NCBI GenBank assembly: GCA_028285305.1
Contig: JANQPV010000037.1
Location: 4,724 to 68,723, forward strand
Origin: Alphaproteobacteria bacterium
GTDB lineage: Bacteria; Pseudomonadota; Alphaproteobacteria; SMXP01
Reading direction: 5' to 3'
Length of the DNA stretch: 64,000 nucleotides
The translations under genes were made by a program, and so were the position numbers. Under the pieces are notes generated by a model that worked only from the letters and a program-made list of their open reading frames with translations, was not told where the DNA came from and did not search any database. Each line of letters opens with the position of its first letter. Position 1 is the stretch's first letter. Positions 55,370 to 64,000 of the stretch are shown here, piece after piece.

Positions 55370-56101
55370 CTAAGAAAGTCCGCGCTCCGCCGCGATGCGG
55401 TCGTAAGCGCTATTGATTGCCGCCAATTTGTCATTGGCAAGTGAAACGAATTCCTCCGGGACGCCTCGCGCGATGAGCGCATCCGGGTGGTTATCGCGCA
55501 CGAGACGGCGATAAACGGACTTCAGATCTTCATCCGATATCTCCGGATCGACCCCCAAGATCAGATACGGATCTGAGTCATCTGGGCCCAAATTGCGTGA
55601 CTTGATCCGCCCAAATTCAAGCTCGGTGAAACCAAAGACATCTGCAACACGTTCCAGATATGTCAGTTCGTTGGGATGAACGACACCGTCTGCAAGCGCG
55701 ATATGAAAGAGTCCATCCAACAGATCCTCCAATACCGCGGGAGAATCCTTAAATAGATTTGCTATTTGCCGGGCATACGCCTCGTAGCCAGCCACATCTT
55801 GCATGGCCAACCGAAAGACGCGGCGCACATTCTCAACTTCATCACCGGGTACATCCACGATCTCACGGAAGGCTTTGATCTCGTCATTGGTCACGACACC
55901 ATCGGCTTTGGCCATTTTCGCACTCAGTGCAATAACGCCGACCGTGAATGTCAGTTGCCGCTTTGCTTCCTTGGCCTCTTCACTCTGGGGGTCAATCATG
56001 CGATCCGCCACATGACCCGCAACACCGCCCAAGACAGCACCCAGGGGACCACCTAAGACGAGCCCGGCAGTGGCGCCGGCTAATTTTCCCCAAATGGACA
56101 T
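55370..56101 (-). CDS. djlA: DjlA-like co-chaperone (TerB + DnaJ domains)
   Basis: MSIWGK.GG..G..GGPLGA, AKMAKADG, ADGVVH..E, J-domain DPY.ILG...HPD...INSAYD. Confidence 0.9.
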   Translation of the reverse strand: MSIWGKLAGATAGLVLGGPLGAVLGGVAGHVADRMIDPQSEEAKEAKRQLTFTVGVIALSAKMAKADGVVTNDEIKAFREIVDVPGDEVENVRRVFRLAMQDVAGYEAYARQIANLFKDSPAVLEDLLDGLFHIALADGVVHPNELTYLERVADVFGFTELEFGRIKSRNLGPDDSDPYLILGVDPEISDEDLKSVYRRLVRDNHPDALIARGVPEEFVSLANDKLAAINSAYDRIAAERGLS

Positions 56102-56204
56102 AGTCAATATTTTGTTCGAGGATAGTGTTCCAAATACGGCCGAACAGAGAGTTCGTTGGCGGACCGCAAAGCAAGCCCAACCCATTCACAGGTAGTGCTA
56201 CCCC

Positions 56205-59200
56205 ATGACCACAGACAAAGTCAAAGACAGTGGCGATCCCAACTCAAAGCCAGGACGGTGGGAATTTTGGATCGATAGGGGCGGTACGTTCACGGATATC
56301 GTCGCGAAAACTCCCGACGCTGAACTTATCACGCACAAGCTGCTTTCGGACAACCCAGCCCAATACCGCGATGCTGCCGTGCAAGGCATTCGCGATGTCA
56401 TGAAAATCGAAGGCGAAGGAGAAATCCCTCTCCAGGAGATTGGAGAAATCCGAATTGGCACAACAGTAGCGACCAATGCCTTGCTGGAGCGCAAGGGGAC
56501 ACCCACGCTTTTCTTGACCACAAAAGGATTTCGGGATGCCCTTGTGATCGGAAGCCAAAGCAGGCCGGACATTTTCGCACTTCGGATTGACAAACCGGAT
56601 ATGCTCTATGCTGATGTCTTAGAGGCCCACGAGCGCATTGATCACAGGGGCAACGTCTTAGAACCGCTGGCTGAAGACAAACTCCGCGAGGACCTGTCCA
56701 GACATGTCAAGAGCGGTATCACAAGTATCGCAATCGCATTTATTCACGGTTACGAACATTCAGCTCATGAACAAATAGCGGCTCGCATCGCTGAGGAGGC
56801 CGGATTTGCTCAAATCTCCGTTAGCCACGAAGTCAGCGCACTCATCAAATTTATTCCTCGTGCATCCACAACCGTCGTAGATGCTTACCTGTCTCCAATT
56901 CTAGGGACGTATGTCGACACCCTCGTGGGCGAACTATCCGCGGCGGCAAGAGACCGGCTGTCGTTCATGCAATCCAATGGAGGATTGACCGATGCAAATG
57001 GCTTTCGAGGGAAAAATGCAATTCTCTCCGGACCCGCTGGAGGCGTCGTCGGCATGGTCGAAACCGCTCATGCTGTAAACCGCGACAAAGTGATCGGTTT
57101 CGACATGGGCGGCACATCAACCGATGTCTCCCATTTCGCCGGTACGTATGAGCGTGTCTTCGACACCCAAGTCGCAGGCACACGATTAAGCGCCCCGATG
57201 ATGCATGTTGAGACCATCGCAGCTGGCGGCGGCTCTTTACTTGAATACGATGGCATGCGCATGCGTGTCGGGCCCAAATCCGCAGGCGCTTTTCCTGGTC
57301 CCGCAGCCTATCGAAATGGAGGCCCGCTCACGGTCACGGATGCAAATATTATGGTTGGTAAGATCGTCCCGGCCACATTTCCGCATGTCTTTGGACCCTG
57401 TGCCGACCAGCCTCTTGACAAGGAAAAAGTTACGGAAAAATTCGAAAAGCTCGCCCAGACAATTGGAGGCGCGCCGGAAGCGATTGCAGACGGATTCATT
57501 CAAATCGCCGTACAAAACATGGCCGCCTCGATACGCAAGATATCTGTACAAAGAGGGTATGATGTTTCGAACTACGTGTTGAACTGCTTCGGAGGCGCAG
57601 GCGCACAACATGCCTGCTTGGTTGCAGATGCACTCGGCATGAAGGAAATTCTGATTCACCCGTTCGCCAGCTTGCTCTCGGCCTATGGAATCGGCCTTGC
57701 CGTACCCAGAACAATGAGAGAAGCCTCAATCAATTTGCCGTTGAGCGATACGAACCTTGATCTGTCTCGGAACAAACTGGATACCCTTCAAAGGGCGGCG
57801 CTGAGTGAATTGATCGAGCAAGGATTCGCGCCGAAAGAAATCGAAATCGATACGCTCTACCACCTCAGATATGAGGGCACCGACAACACGCTTAGTGTAA
57901 AAGGGAAATCTAAGGAGGCGTTACAAACTAATTTCGAGGAGCGGCACAGAGCTCTGTTTGGGTTTGCCGCCGACGATGTCCAAGTTGTGATTGATTCTGT
58001 ATCATTGGAGGCTTCCGTTTCTTTGCAGCGAGAAGATGATCACGCTGCCAGGCATCATGCACCCGGGACGCCATCCCCCGCACCCACCCACACAGAGATG
58101 TTTACCGCGGGCGGTTGGCATACAGCGCCTCACATCACGCTCAGCGATGTCGGTGAGGGCGAACAAATTTCTGGCCCCGCAGTGCTGATTGATCCCCACA
58201 CCACCATTGTTGTCGAGCCCGATTGGGTGGCAGCAAGAGATCCTTCGTCTCAGAGCGAAGGCCCCTTGTTTCTCCGCCGTGAAGAAAGTGAAAAAACGAG
58301 CTCACGCACCGATCGATTGGTTCATAGACAACACACAAGCAAACCGGATCCCGTCCTGCTCGAGATATTCAATAGCCTTTTCATGAGTGTCGCCGAACAA
58401 ATGGGTTTCACCCTTCAAAACACGTCTGTGTCCGTAAACATAAAAGAGCGACTTGATTTTTCGTGTGCCCTATTCACGCCGGATGGGGCTTTGGTGGCAA
58501 ATGCACCGCACATCCCTGTACACCTGGGCTCAATGGGCACCAGCGTTAAAGCTGTCTTGGATGAGTTTTCGAAAGAGATTTCTGCAGGCGACGTCTTTGT
58601 CCTGAACGATCCATTTCAGGGAGGCACTCACCTGCCGGACGTAACGGTTGTCGCCCCAGTCTTTGACGAAGCCGGTGATCGGATCCTGTTTTTTGTAGCC
58701 GCCCGGGGCCATCACGCCGAGATCGGAGGAATGACCCCTGGGTCCATGCCGGCCCTTTCGAAGCAGGCCGAGGAAGAAGGCGTATTACTCCCCCCCATGA
58801 AGCTGATCGAAGCCGGTGTATTTGGAGAACGGGCAATACGAGATCTCTTAAGCCAAGGCCCGTATCCATCCCGCCAGATCGATCTGAACATTGCCGATCT
58901 CAAGGCACAGTGCGCGGCGTGCGAAAAGGGTGCACAAGAACTGCGGTCCCTTGCTCGTCAGTATGGCTACGACACCGTGAGGTCTTACATGGGACATGTG
59001 CAAAAAAACGCGGAAGAAAGCGTCCGCCGCGTTATCAGCACCCTGAAGGACGGCACTTTTACACTCTGTATTGACGAACAGCGTACGATCAAAGTGGCAC
59101 TTCACATCGACAGCGTTGATCGCAGTGCAGTCGTGGACTTTACCGGCACCAGTGCGCAGCTACCGAACAATTTCAATGCCCCCTCCTCCATTACCCGAGC

Positions 59201-59876
59201 CGCAGTTCTGTATGTCTTCAGGTGTCTCGTGTCGGATGATATTCCGCTCAATGATGGTTGTTTGATGCCAATCAAAATCATCTTACCTGAAGGCTGCTTT
59301 CTGAATCCCGTTCCACCCGCCGCAGTCGTAGCTGGAAATGTGGAAACAAGCCAAAACGTTTGCGATGCTCTCTTCGGCGCATTGGGGATTCTAGCCTCGT
59401 CACAGAGCACCATGAACAATGTGTCGTTCGGCAATGCCGACCATCAGTACTACGAAACGGTCTGCGGAGGAGCCGGCGCCGGCTCAGGGTTTAACGGCGC
59501 CGACGCGGTACAAACTCATATGACCAACTCCCGGCTCACCGATCCGGAAATTTTGGAGAGCCGTTTTCCGGTGAGAGTCCAAAAGTTTTCCGTTCGGCAA
59601 GACTCGGGCGGAACGGGCAAGTGGTCGGGCGGATGTGGTGCAACGCGGCATCTGGTGTTTGATGAAGACGTAACTGTCTCGCTGCTGACGTCGAATCGCT
59701 TATCGCGCCCTTTCGGATTGGAAGGTGCAGGCTCCGGACGTTCGGGCCAAAACAAACTCATCAAAAGAAGCGGGATTGAGACGATTCTGAAATCGTGCGA
59801 CACCATCGAAGCCGAAGCCGGGGATGCCATCGTCATCGAAACACCGGGCGGAGGCGGCTACGGAACTCCGCCCTAG
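56205..59876 (+). CDS. 5-oxoprolinase / hydantoinase, fused A+B
   Basis: Motifs [72 protein letters not shown]. Confidence 0.96.
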   Translation: MTTDKVKDSGDPNSKPGRWEFWIDRGGTFTDIVAKTPDAELITHKLLSDNPAQYRDAAVQGIRDVMKIEGEGEIPLQEIGEIRIGTTVATNALLERKGTPTLFLTTKGFRDALVIGSQSRPDIFALRIDKPDMLYADVLEAHERIDHRGNVLEPLAEDKLREDLSRHVKSGITSIAIAFIHGYEHSAHEQIAARIAEEAGFAQISVSHEVSALIKFIPRASTTVVDAYLSPILGTYVDTLVGELSAAARDRLSFMQSNGGLTDANGFRGKNAILSGPAGGVVGMVETAHAVNRDKVIGFDMGGTSTDVSHFAGTYERVFDTQVAGTRLSAPMMHVETIAAGGGSLLEYDGMRMRVGPKSAGAFPGPAAYRNGGPLTVTDANIMVGKIVPATFPHVFGPCADQPLDKEKVTEKFEKLAQTIGGAPEAIADGFIQIAVQNMAASIRKISVQRGYDVSNYVLNCFGGAGAQHACLVADALGMKEILIHPFASLLSAYGIGLAVPRTMREASINLPLSDTNLDLSRNKLDTLQRAALSELIEQGFAPKEIEIDTLYHLRYEGTDNTLSVKGKSKEALQTNFEERHRALFGFAADDVQVVIDSVSLEASVSLQREDDHAARHHAPGTPSPAPTHTEMFTAGGWHTAPHITLSDVGEGEQISGPAVLIDPHTTIVVEPDWVAARDPSSQSEGPLFLRREESEKTSSRTDRLVHRQHTSKPDPVLLEIFNSLFMSVAEQMGFTLQNTSVSVNIKERLDFSCALFTPDGALVANAPHIPVHLGSMGTSVKAVLDEFSKEISAGDVFVLNDPFQGGTHLPDVTVVAPVFDEAGDRILFFVAARGHHAEIGGMTPGSMPALSKQAEEEGVLLPPMKLIEAGVFGERAIRDLLSQGPYPSRQIDLNIADLKAQCAACEKGAQELRSLARQYGYDTVRSYMGHVQKNAEESVRRVISTLKDGTFTLCIDEQRTIKVALHIDSVDRSAVVDFTGTSAQLPNNFNAPSSITRAAVLYVFRCLVSDDIPLNDGCLMPIKIILPEGCFLNPVPPAAVVAGNVETSQNVCDALFGALGILASSQSTMNNVSFGNADHQYYETVCGGAGAGSGFNGADAVQTHMTNSRLTDPEILESRFPVRVQKFSVRQDSGGTGKWSGGCGATRHLVFDEDVTVSLLTSNRLSRPFGLEGAGSGRSGQNKLIKRSGIETILKSCDTIEAEAGDAIVIETPGGGGYGTPP

Positions 59877-59961
59877 AAACTCGACCGCGACACATTTTGG
59901 AAGAATATCGCGCTTTAGTTGAGCCCCGTGACCCCTATTTCTACCTCTAGCTGCTGTGGAA

Positions 59962-60071
59962 ATGCTGCACCGCGAAACAAAATTTACCAATTTTGAAGCC
60001 CAATCTTCTGCCAATACATCCGCCAATTGCCTAAAACGTGTTGCACCGCTTGGCTATGTTGCATCGCAAAG
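59962..60071. promoter_or_regulatory. Three PhaR/AniA-like operator motifs
   Basis: ATGCTGCACCGCGAAA (59962), GTGTTGCACCGCTTGG (60038), ATGTTGCATCGCAAAG (60056); shared core TG(C/T)TGCA(C/T)CGC. Confidence 0.5.
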
Positions 60072-60143
60072 GCTGAATTTACTTGGCGATCAGGGTTCCC
60101 CATGCGACCTTTTGGCAGGTCAAACGATTAGAGGAAGATCGCA

Positions 60144-60227
60144 ATGGACATCAAATACGTGACAAGCGGGGTGATGTTAAGCGCGGTTCTGGTCTTTTTG
60201 GGCGCCATGATATTGGGAGCAATTTAA
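60144..60227 (+). CDS. Small 27-aa single-TM peptide
   Basis: RBS AGAGGAAG, then MDIKYVTSGVMLSAVLVFLGAMILGAI-stop, then a terminator. Too short for the ORF track. Confidence 0.6.
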   Translation: MDIKYVTSGVMLSAVLVFLGAMILGAI

Positions 60228-60252
60228 GGGCGCTACCAGCATATTGGAATGG

Positions 60253-60284
60253 AAAAGCCCGGCCTTGTGCCGGGCTTTTTCTTT
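60253..60284 (+). terminator. Rho-independent terminator
   Basis: AAAAGCCCGGC-CTTGT-GCCGGGCTTTT-TCTTT. Confidence 0.85.
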
Positions 60285-60446
60285 GCCGTTAGAAGGAGTG
60301 GAATAGGCGAAGGTTGAAGGCCGCTTTGGCCGGAGGAAAACATTCGGTATCTGCACAGGAACCAGATCGAGATTTTGATTCCTTGGCAATTCAAGCTAGA
60401 CTGGACGTCTAAACTTTTGGACTCAAGCGAGAACAAAAAAAGCGCT

Positions 60447-60791
60447 GTGCGGACGGGACTTATTTTTGGCTTCGGTCTTTATCTGGCATCGTGTGCGGCG
60501 ATATCAGAAGAATGCTCCGTCTACGCTTATTCCGACGAATATGACGGCAATCTCGTAGGCCTGGTTGATCTGTTTGAAGAATTTGAAGCACGATTGAGAA
60601 ATCAACTGCCAGACGAGATGAGAACAAAGCGCGCGTGTTGGTATACACGCGACAACAAGATCATTGCTCACATCCCTTTGGATGGTGGTTCACCGGGCAA
60701 CAAGTCTTGGTACGGACAATCCTTCGAATTCTCGTTTCAGAATGCACGTTGGACGCTGACCACTGAAACCGTCACAATAGGCCCAATATAG
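60447..60791 (+). CDS. Hypothetical lipoprotein
   Basis: GTG start, MRTGLIFGFGLYLASC (lipobox LASC); no family recognised. Confidence 0.55.
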   Translation: MRTGLIFGFGLYLASCAAISEECSVYAYSDEYDGNLVGLVDLFEEFEARLRNQLPDEMRTKRACWYTRDNKIIAHIPLDGGSPGNKSWYGQSFEFSFQNARWTLTTETVTIGPI

Positions 60792-60840
60792 TAGAAACTC
60801 AGCTCGGCCATGCCGCTCCCTATGGATGGAAACGATATGA

Positions 60841-63498
60841 CTAAGCCGCCCGAACCTTTGACGGAATATAGTTCAAATTGGGGGCAAGCCACCGCTCAGC
60901 CTCGTCAACCGACACCCCTTTCCTCTTAGCGTACTCCTCGACTTGATCGGCCTCGATGCGGCCAACACCAAAATACTGACTTTCCGGGTGCGCAAAGTAG
61001 AGACCCGAAACGGAAGCTCCCGGCCACATTGCAAAGCTATCCGTTAGCTGAACACCTATCTTTTCCTCAACGGATAGGAGAGACCACAAAGTGCTCTTTT
61101 CGGTATGGTCAGGACAGGCCGGATAGCCGGGAGCGGGCCGAATGCCCGTATATTGCTCGGCGATCAATTCCTCATTGGTGAACGCTTCGTCCGCCGCGTA
61201 TCCCCAAAACTCCTTCCGCACACGTTCATGCATGTGTTCGGCAAACGCCTCCGCGAAGCGGTCGGCCAGAGCTTGGACCATAATCGCTGAATAATCGTCC
61301 TGCGACTGTTTGAACGCCTCTGCGCGCTCGTCGGCGCCGAACCCGGCCGACACGACAAAGGCGCCCACATAGTCTTTCACGTTGGTTTCTCTTGGCGCCA
61401 GAAAATCGGAGAGCGCAAAATTGGAGCGGTCTCCGCTCTTAATCATCTGCTGCCGAAGCGTATGCAGCGTTGTCAGCGTCTCATCGCGAGACTCATCCGT
61501 ATACACGTGAATATCATCGCCGACAGAATTAGCTGGCCAAAGCCCAATAACGGCTTTCGCGGTCAGCCAATCCTCTCGGAGCATTTGATCAAGCATGGCC
61601 CGCGCGTCCGAGAACAACGACCGTGCTGTTTCGCCGACGAGCTCGTCTTCCAGGATCCCTGGATAGCGTCCCGCCAGTTCCCAAGTTTGGAAGAAAGGCG
61701 TCCAATCAATGTAATCAACAAGGGACTTGAGATCATACGAGTCAAAAACCTGCACTCCCAGATGCGCCGGCTCAGTCGGTTCGTAGGCCGACCAATCTGG
61801 CTTAAACTTGTTGGCCCGGGCCGCAGATAACGTTTGTCGCTTTGCCGCCGACTGACCAGCCGCATGACGCCGCGCCATCTCCTCATAGTCTTCACGAACA
61901 CTTTCTAGGTACGTAACCCTTGCATTGCGAGACATCAGATTTGAGGCGACGCCCACGGCGCGCGAGGCATCTGTCACATGGATCGCCTGCCCGCTCTCGT
62001 AGTTGGGATGGATCTTCACCGCGGTGTGAACTTTGCTGGTGGTCGCCCCTCCGATGAGAAGTGGAAGATCAAGACCCAAGCGCTGCATCTCGCCGGCGAG
62101 ATGACACATTTCATCCAAGCTCGGCGTGATAAGGCCACTCAGCCCAATCATGTCCACGCCCTCTTTTTCGGCCGTTTCCAGAATCTGAGCCGCCGGCACC
62201 ATCACACCAAGGTCGATCACTTCAAAGTTGTTACACTGAAGAACGACGCCAACAATGTTCTTTCCAATATCGTGAACATCTCCTTTGACCGTAGCGAGCA
62301 GGATCTTGCCATTGCTTTGGATTTCACCGCCATCCTCTTTTTCCGCATCCATGAACGGTAGCAAATAGGAGACGGCTTGTTTCATCACCCTGGCACTTTT
62401 GACCACTTGCGGCAGAAACATCTTCCCGGCACCAAACAAATCGCCCACCACATTCATGCCATCCATCAACGGACCCTCGATGACATCCAAAGGACGCGAT
62501 GCGACCTGGCGCGCCTCCTCAACATCTTCGTCTATGTACTCGTTGATTCCACGAACCAGCGCATGCGAGAGCCGAGCGTTCACGTCCAACTTACGCCACT
62601 CAAGGTCCTGGACTTTTTGCTTGGTCCCCTCCCCTCGGTACTTCTCAGCGACGTCGAGTAGTGTATCAGTCGCATCGGGATGCCGGTTCAATATAACGTC
62701 TTCGACTGCCTCTTTGAGTTCGGCCGGAATGTCGTCATAGACCGCTAACTGACCTGCATTAACGATCCCCATATCCATGCCCGCTTTGATCGCATGATAC
62801 AAAAAGACCGAATGCATGGCTTCGCGAACGGCGTTGTTTCCCCGAAACGAAAACGAGATGTTGGAAACGCCGCCTGAGACATGCGCGTGAGGCAATCCCT
62901 CCTTGATCAGCCTGGTCGCCTCAATGAAATCGACAGCATAATTGTTGTGCTCTTCGATGCCCGTTGCGACAGCAAATATGTTCGGATCAAAGATGATATC
63001 TTCGGCCGGAAAATTGATCTTTTCCGTGAGCAGTCGATAGGACCGTTCACAAATTTCAAATTTCCGACCAATGGTATCGGCTTGACCCGTCTCATCGAAT
63101 GCCATCACGACGACGGCTGCGCCATAGCGCATAATCGCACGGGCCTGTTCAAGGAACGGTGCCTCTCCTTCTTTGAGGCTGATCGAATTGACAACCGCCT
63201 TGCCCTGAACGCACTTCAATCCCGCTTCGATCACCGACCACTTGGACGAATCGATCATGATCGGCACACGCGCGATCGCCGGTTCAGACGCGATCAGATT
63301 GAGAAAGCGCACCATCGCCGCTTCAGAATCGAGCATCGCATCATCCATGTTCACATCGATGATCTGCGCGCCGTTCTCCACCTGCTGTAACGCCACCTGC
63401 AAGGCGGCCTCGTAATCGTCCGCCTGGATGAGTTTTTTAAATTTGGCCGAGCCGGTGACATTCGTTCGTTCACCGATATTGATAAACGTTGGTGTCAT
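60841..63498 (-). CDS. metH: Methionine synthase, C-terminal part (pterin-binding, B12-binding and AdoMet activation domains)
   Basis: Motifs [27 protein letters not shown] (B12 His), [20 protein letters not shown]. Confidence 0.98.
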   Translation of the reverse strand: MTPTFINIGERTNVTGSAKFKKLIQADDYEAALQVALQQVENGAQIIDVNMDDAMLDSEAAMVRFLNLIASEPAIARVPIMIDSSKWSVIEAGLKCVQGKAVVNSISLKEGEAPFLEQARAIMRYGAAVVVMAFDETGQADTIGRKFEICERSYRLLTEKINFPAEDIIFDPNIFAVATGIEEHNNYAVDFIEATRLIKEGLPHAHVSGGVSNISFSFRGNNAVREAMHSVFLYHAIKAGMDMGIVNAGQLAVYDDIPAELKEAVEDVILNRHPDATDTLLDVAEKYRGEGTKQKVQDLEWRKLDVNARLSHALVRGINEYIDEDVEEARQVASRPLDVIEGPLMDGMNVVGDLFGAGKMFLPQVVKSARVMKQAVSYLLPFMDAEKEDGGEIQSNGKILLATVKGDVHDIGKNIVGVVLQCNNFEVIDLGVMVPAAQILETAEKEGVDMIGLSGLITPSLDEMCHLAGEMQRLGLDLPLLIGGATTSKVHTAVKIHPNYESGQAIHVTDASRAVGVASNLMSRNARVTYLESVREDYEEMARRHAAGQSAAKRQTLSAARANKFKPDWSAYEPTEPAHLGVQVFDSYDLKSLVDYIDWTPFFQTWELAGRYPGILEDELVGETARSLFSDARAMLDQMLREDWLTAKAVIGLWPANSVGDDIHVYTDESRDETLTTLHTLRQQMIKSGDRSNFALSDFLAPRETNVKDYVGAFVVSAGFGADERAEAFKQSQDDYSAIMVQALADRFAEAFAEHMHERVRKEFWGYAADEAFTNEELIAEQYTGIRPAPGYPACPDHTEKSTLWSLLSVEEKIGVQLTDSFAMWPGASVSGLYFAHPESQYFGVGRIEADQVEEYAKRKGVSVDEAERWLAPNLNYIPSKVRAA

Positions 63499-63509
63499 AT
63501 GAAGGTTAC

Positions 63510-64000
63510 CTATGAGGCCGCAGCGGTAAAGGGCTCAAGACCGGACAAACGAAGACGTTTGGGAATCTCAGGCACATCGCGCGGAGGCACTTCCTTCACT
63601 CGGCCGGCGAACTCCCGGATATGTTCAGGTGTCGTGCCGCAGCAACCGCCGACAATATTGACGATCCCCGCACGAGCAAACTCCTCAAGCGCATCGCCCA
63701 TCATTTCGGGTGTTTCATCATATTCGCCAAATTCGTTCGGCAGTCCCGCATTGGGATGCGCACTGACATAGCATTCCGCAACCCGAGAAAGCTCAGCGAT
63801 ATAGCCTCTCATATCTTTGGCGCCCAGCGCACAATTGAGACCAATAGAGAAGGGGGCCGCATGTTTAACCGAATTCCAAAATGCTTCCGGCGTTTGGCCC
63901 GACAGAGTACGCCCCGACTGATCGGTGATCGTTCCGGAAATCATAATCGGCAAACGAAAGCCAAGCTCATCATAGGCTTCTTCAATGGCAAAGAGAGCAG
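63510..64000 (-). CDS. metH: Methionine synthase, N-terminal homocysteine S-methyltransferase part (starts beyond the window end)
   Basis: Motifs [22 protein letters not shown], the Zn site GGCCGT, and LSGLEPF followed by a stop. Confidence 0.95.
   Translation of the reverse strand, partial: ALFAIEEAYDELGFRLPIMISGTITDQSGRTLSGQTPEAFWNSVKHAAPFSIGLNCALGAKDMRGYIAELSRVAECYVSAHPNAGLPNEFGEYDETPEMMGDALEEFARAGIVNIVGGCCGTTPEHIREFAGRVKEVPPRDVPEIPKRLRLSGLEPFTAAAS

Noticed and set aside
59956-60436. Several 67-70 aa ORFs in the oxoprolinase-metH gap
   Set aside because: They lack an RBS or protein-like composition and run across the operators or terminator; the 27-aa ORF fits the signals better.

Overview
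A GC-rich alphaproteobacterial chromosome segment made mostly of housekeeping genes. In order: petA and a truncated petB; PP2C-like gene, trmL, amidase; a flagellin-like gene; sspB, PaaI thioesterase, fumC, RHH, DUF4169, CoA-transferase; a degenerate GlnE-like gene; a TolB-like/TPR membrane protein and an MFS transporter; an FAD-linked oxidase; uvrD, prmA, pepP; glnS; a cytochrome c/macrodomain/cytochrome c block with FNR/FixK boxes; ligA, recN, bamD, an XRE regulator, lpxC and the complete dcw cluster (mraZ to ftsZ); RNase P RNA; amidase, EamA, a GDAP1-like GST, djlA, 5-oxoprolinase; a 27-aa membrane peptide; and a split metH. I saw no tRNA, rRNA, CRISPR array or mobile element. The best candidates for novelty are: (1) a tail-anchored GST resembling mitochondrial GDAP1; (2) a full-length GlnE homolog with both nucleotidyltransferase motifs degenerate, behind a CtrA-like promoter; (3) a putative microoxia-induced cytochrome c/macrodomain module; (4) a flagellin-like protein lacking both D0 ends; (5) an unannotated 27-aa transmembrane peptide with three PhaR-like operators and its own terminator. 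All family assignments come from motif recognition by eye; no database searches were run.
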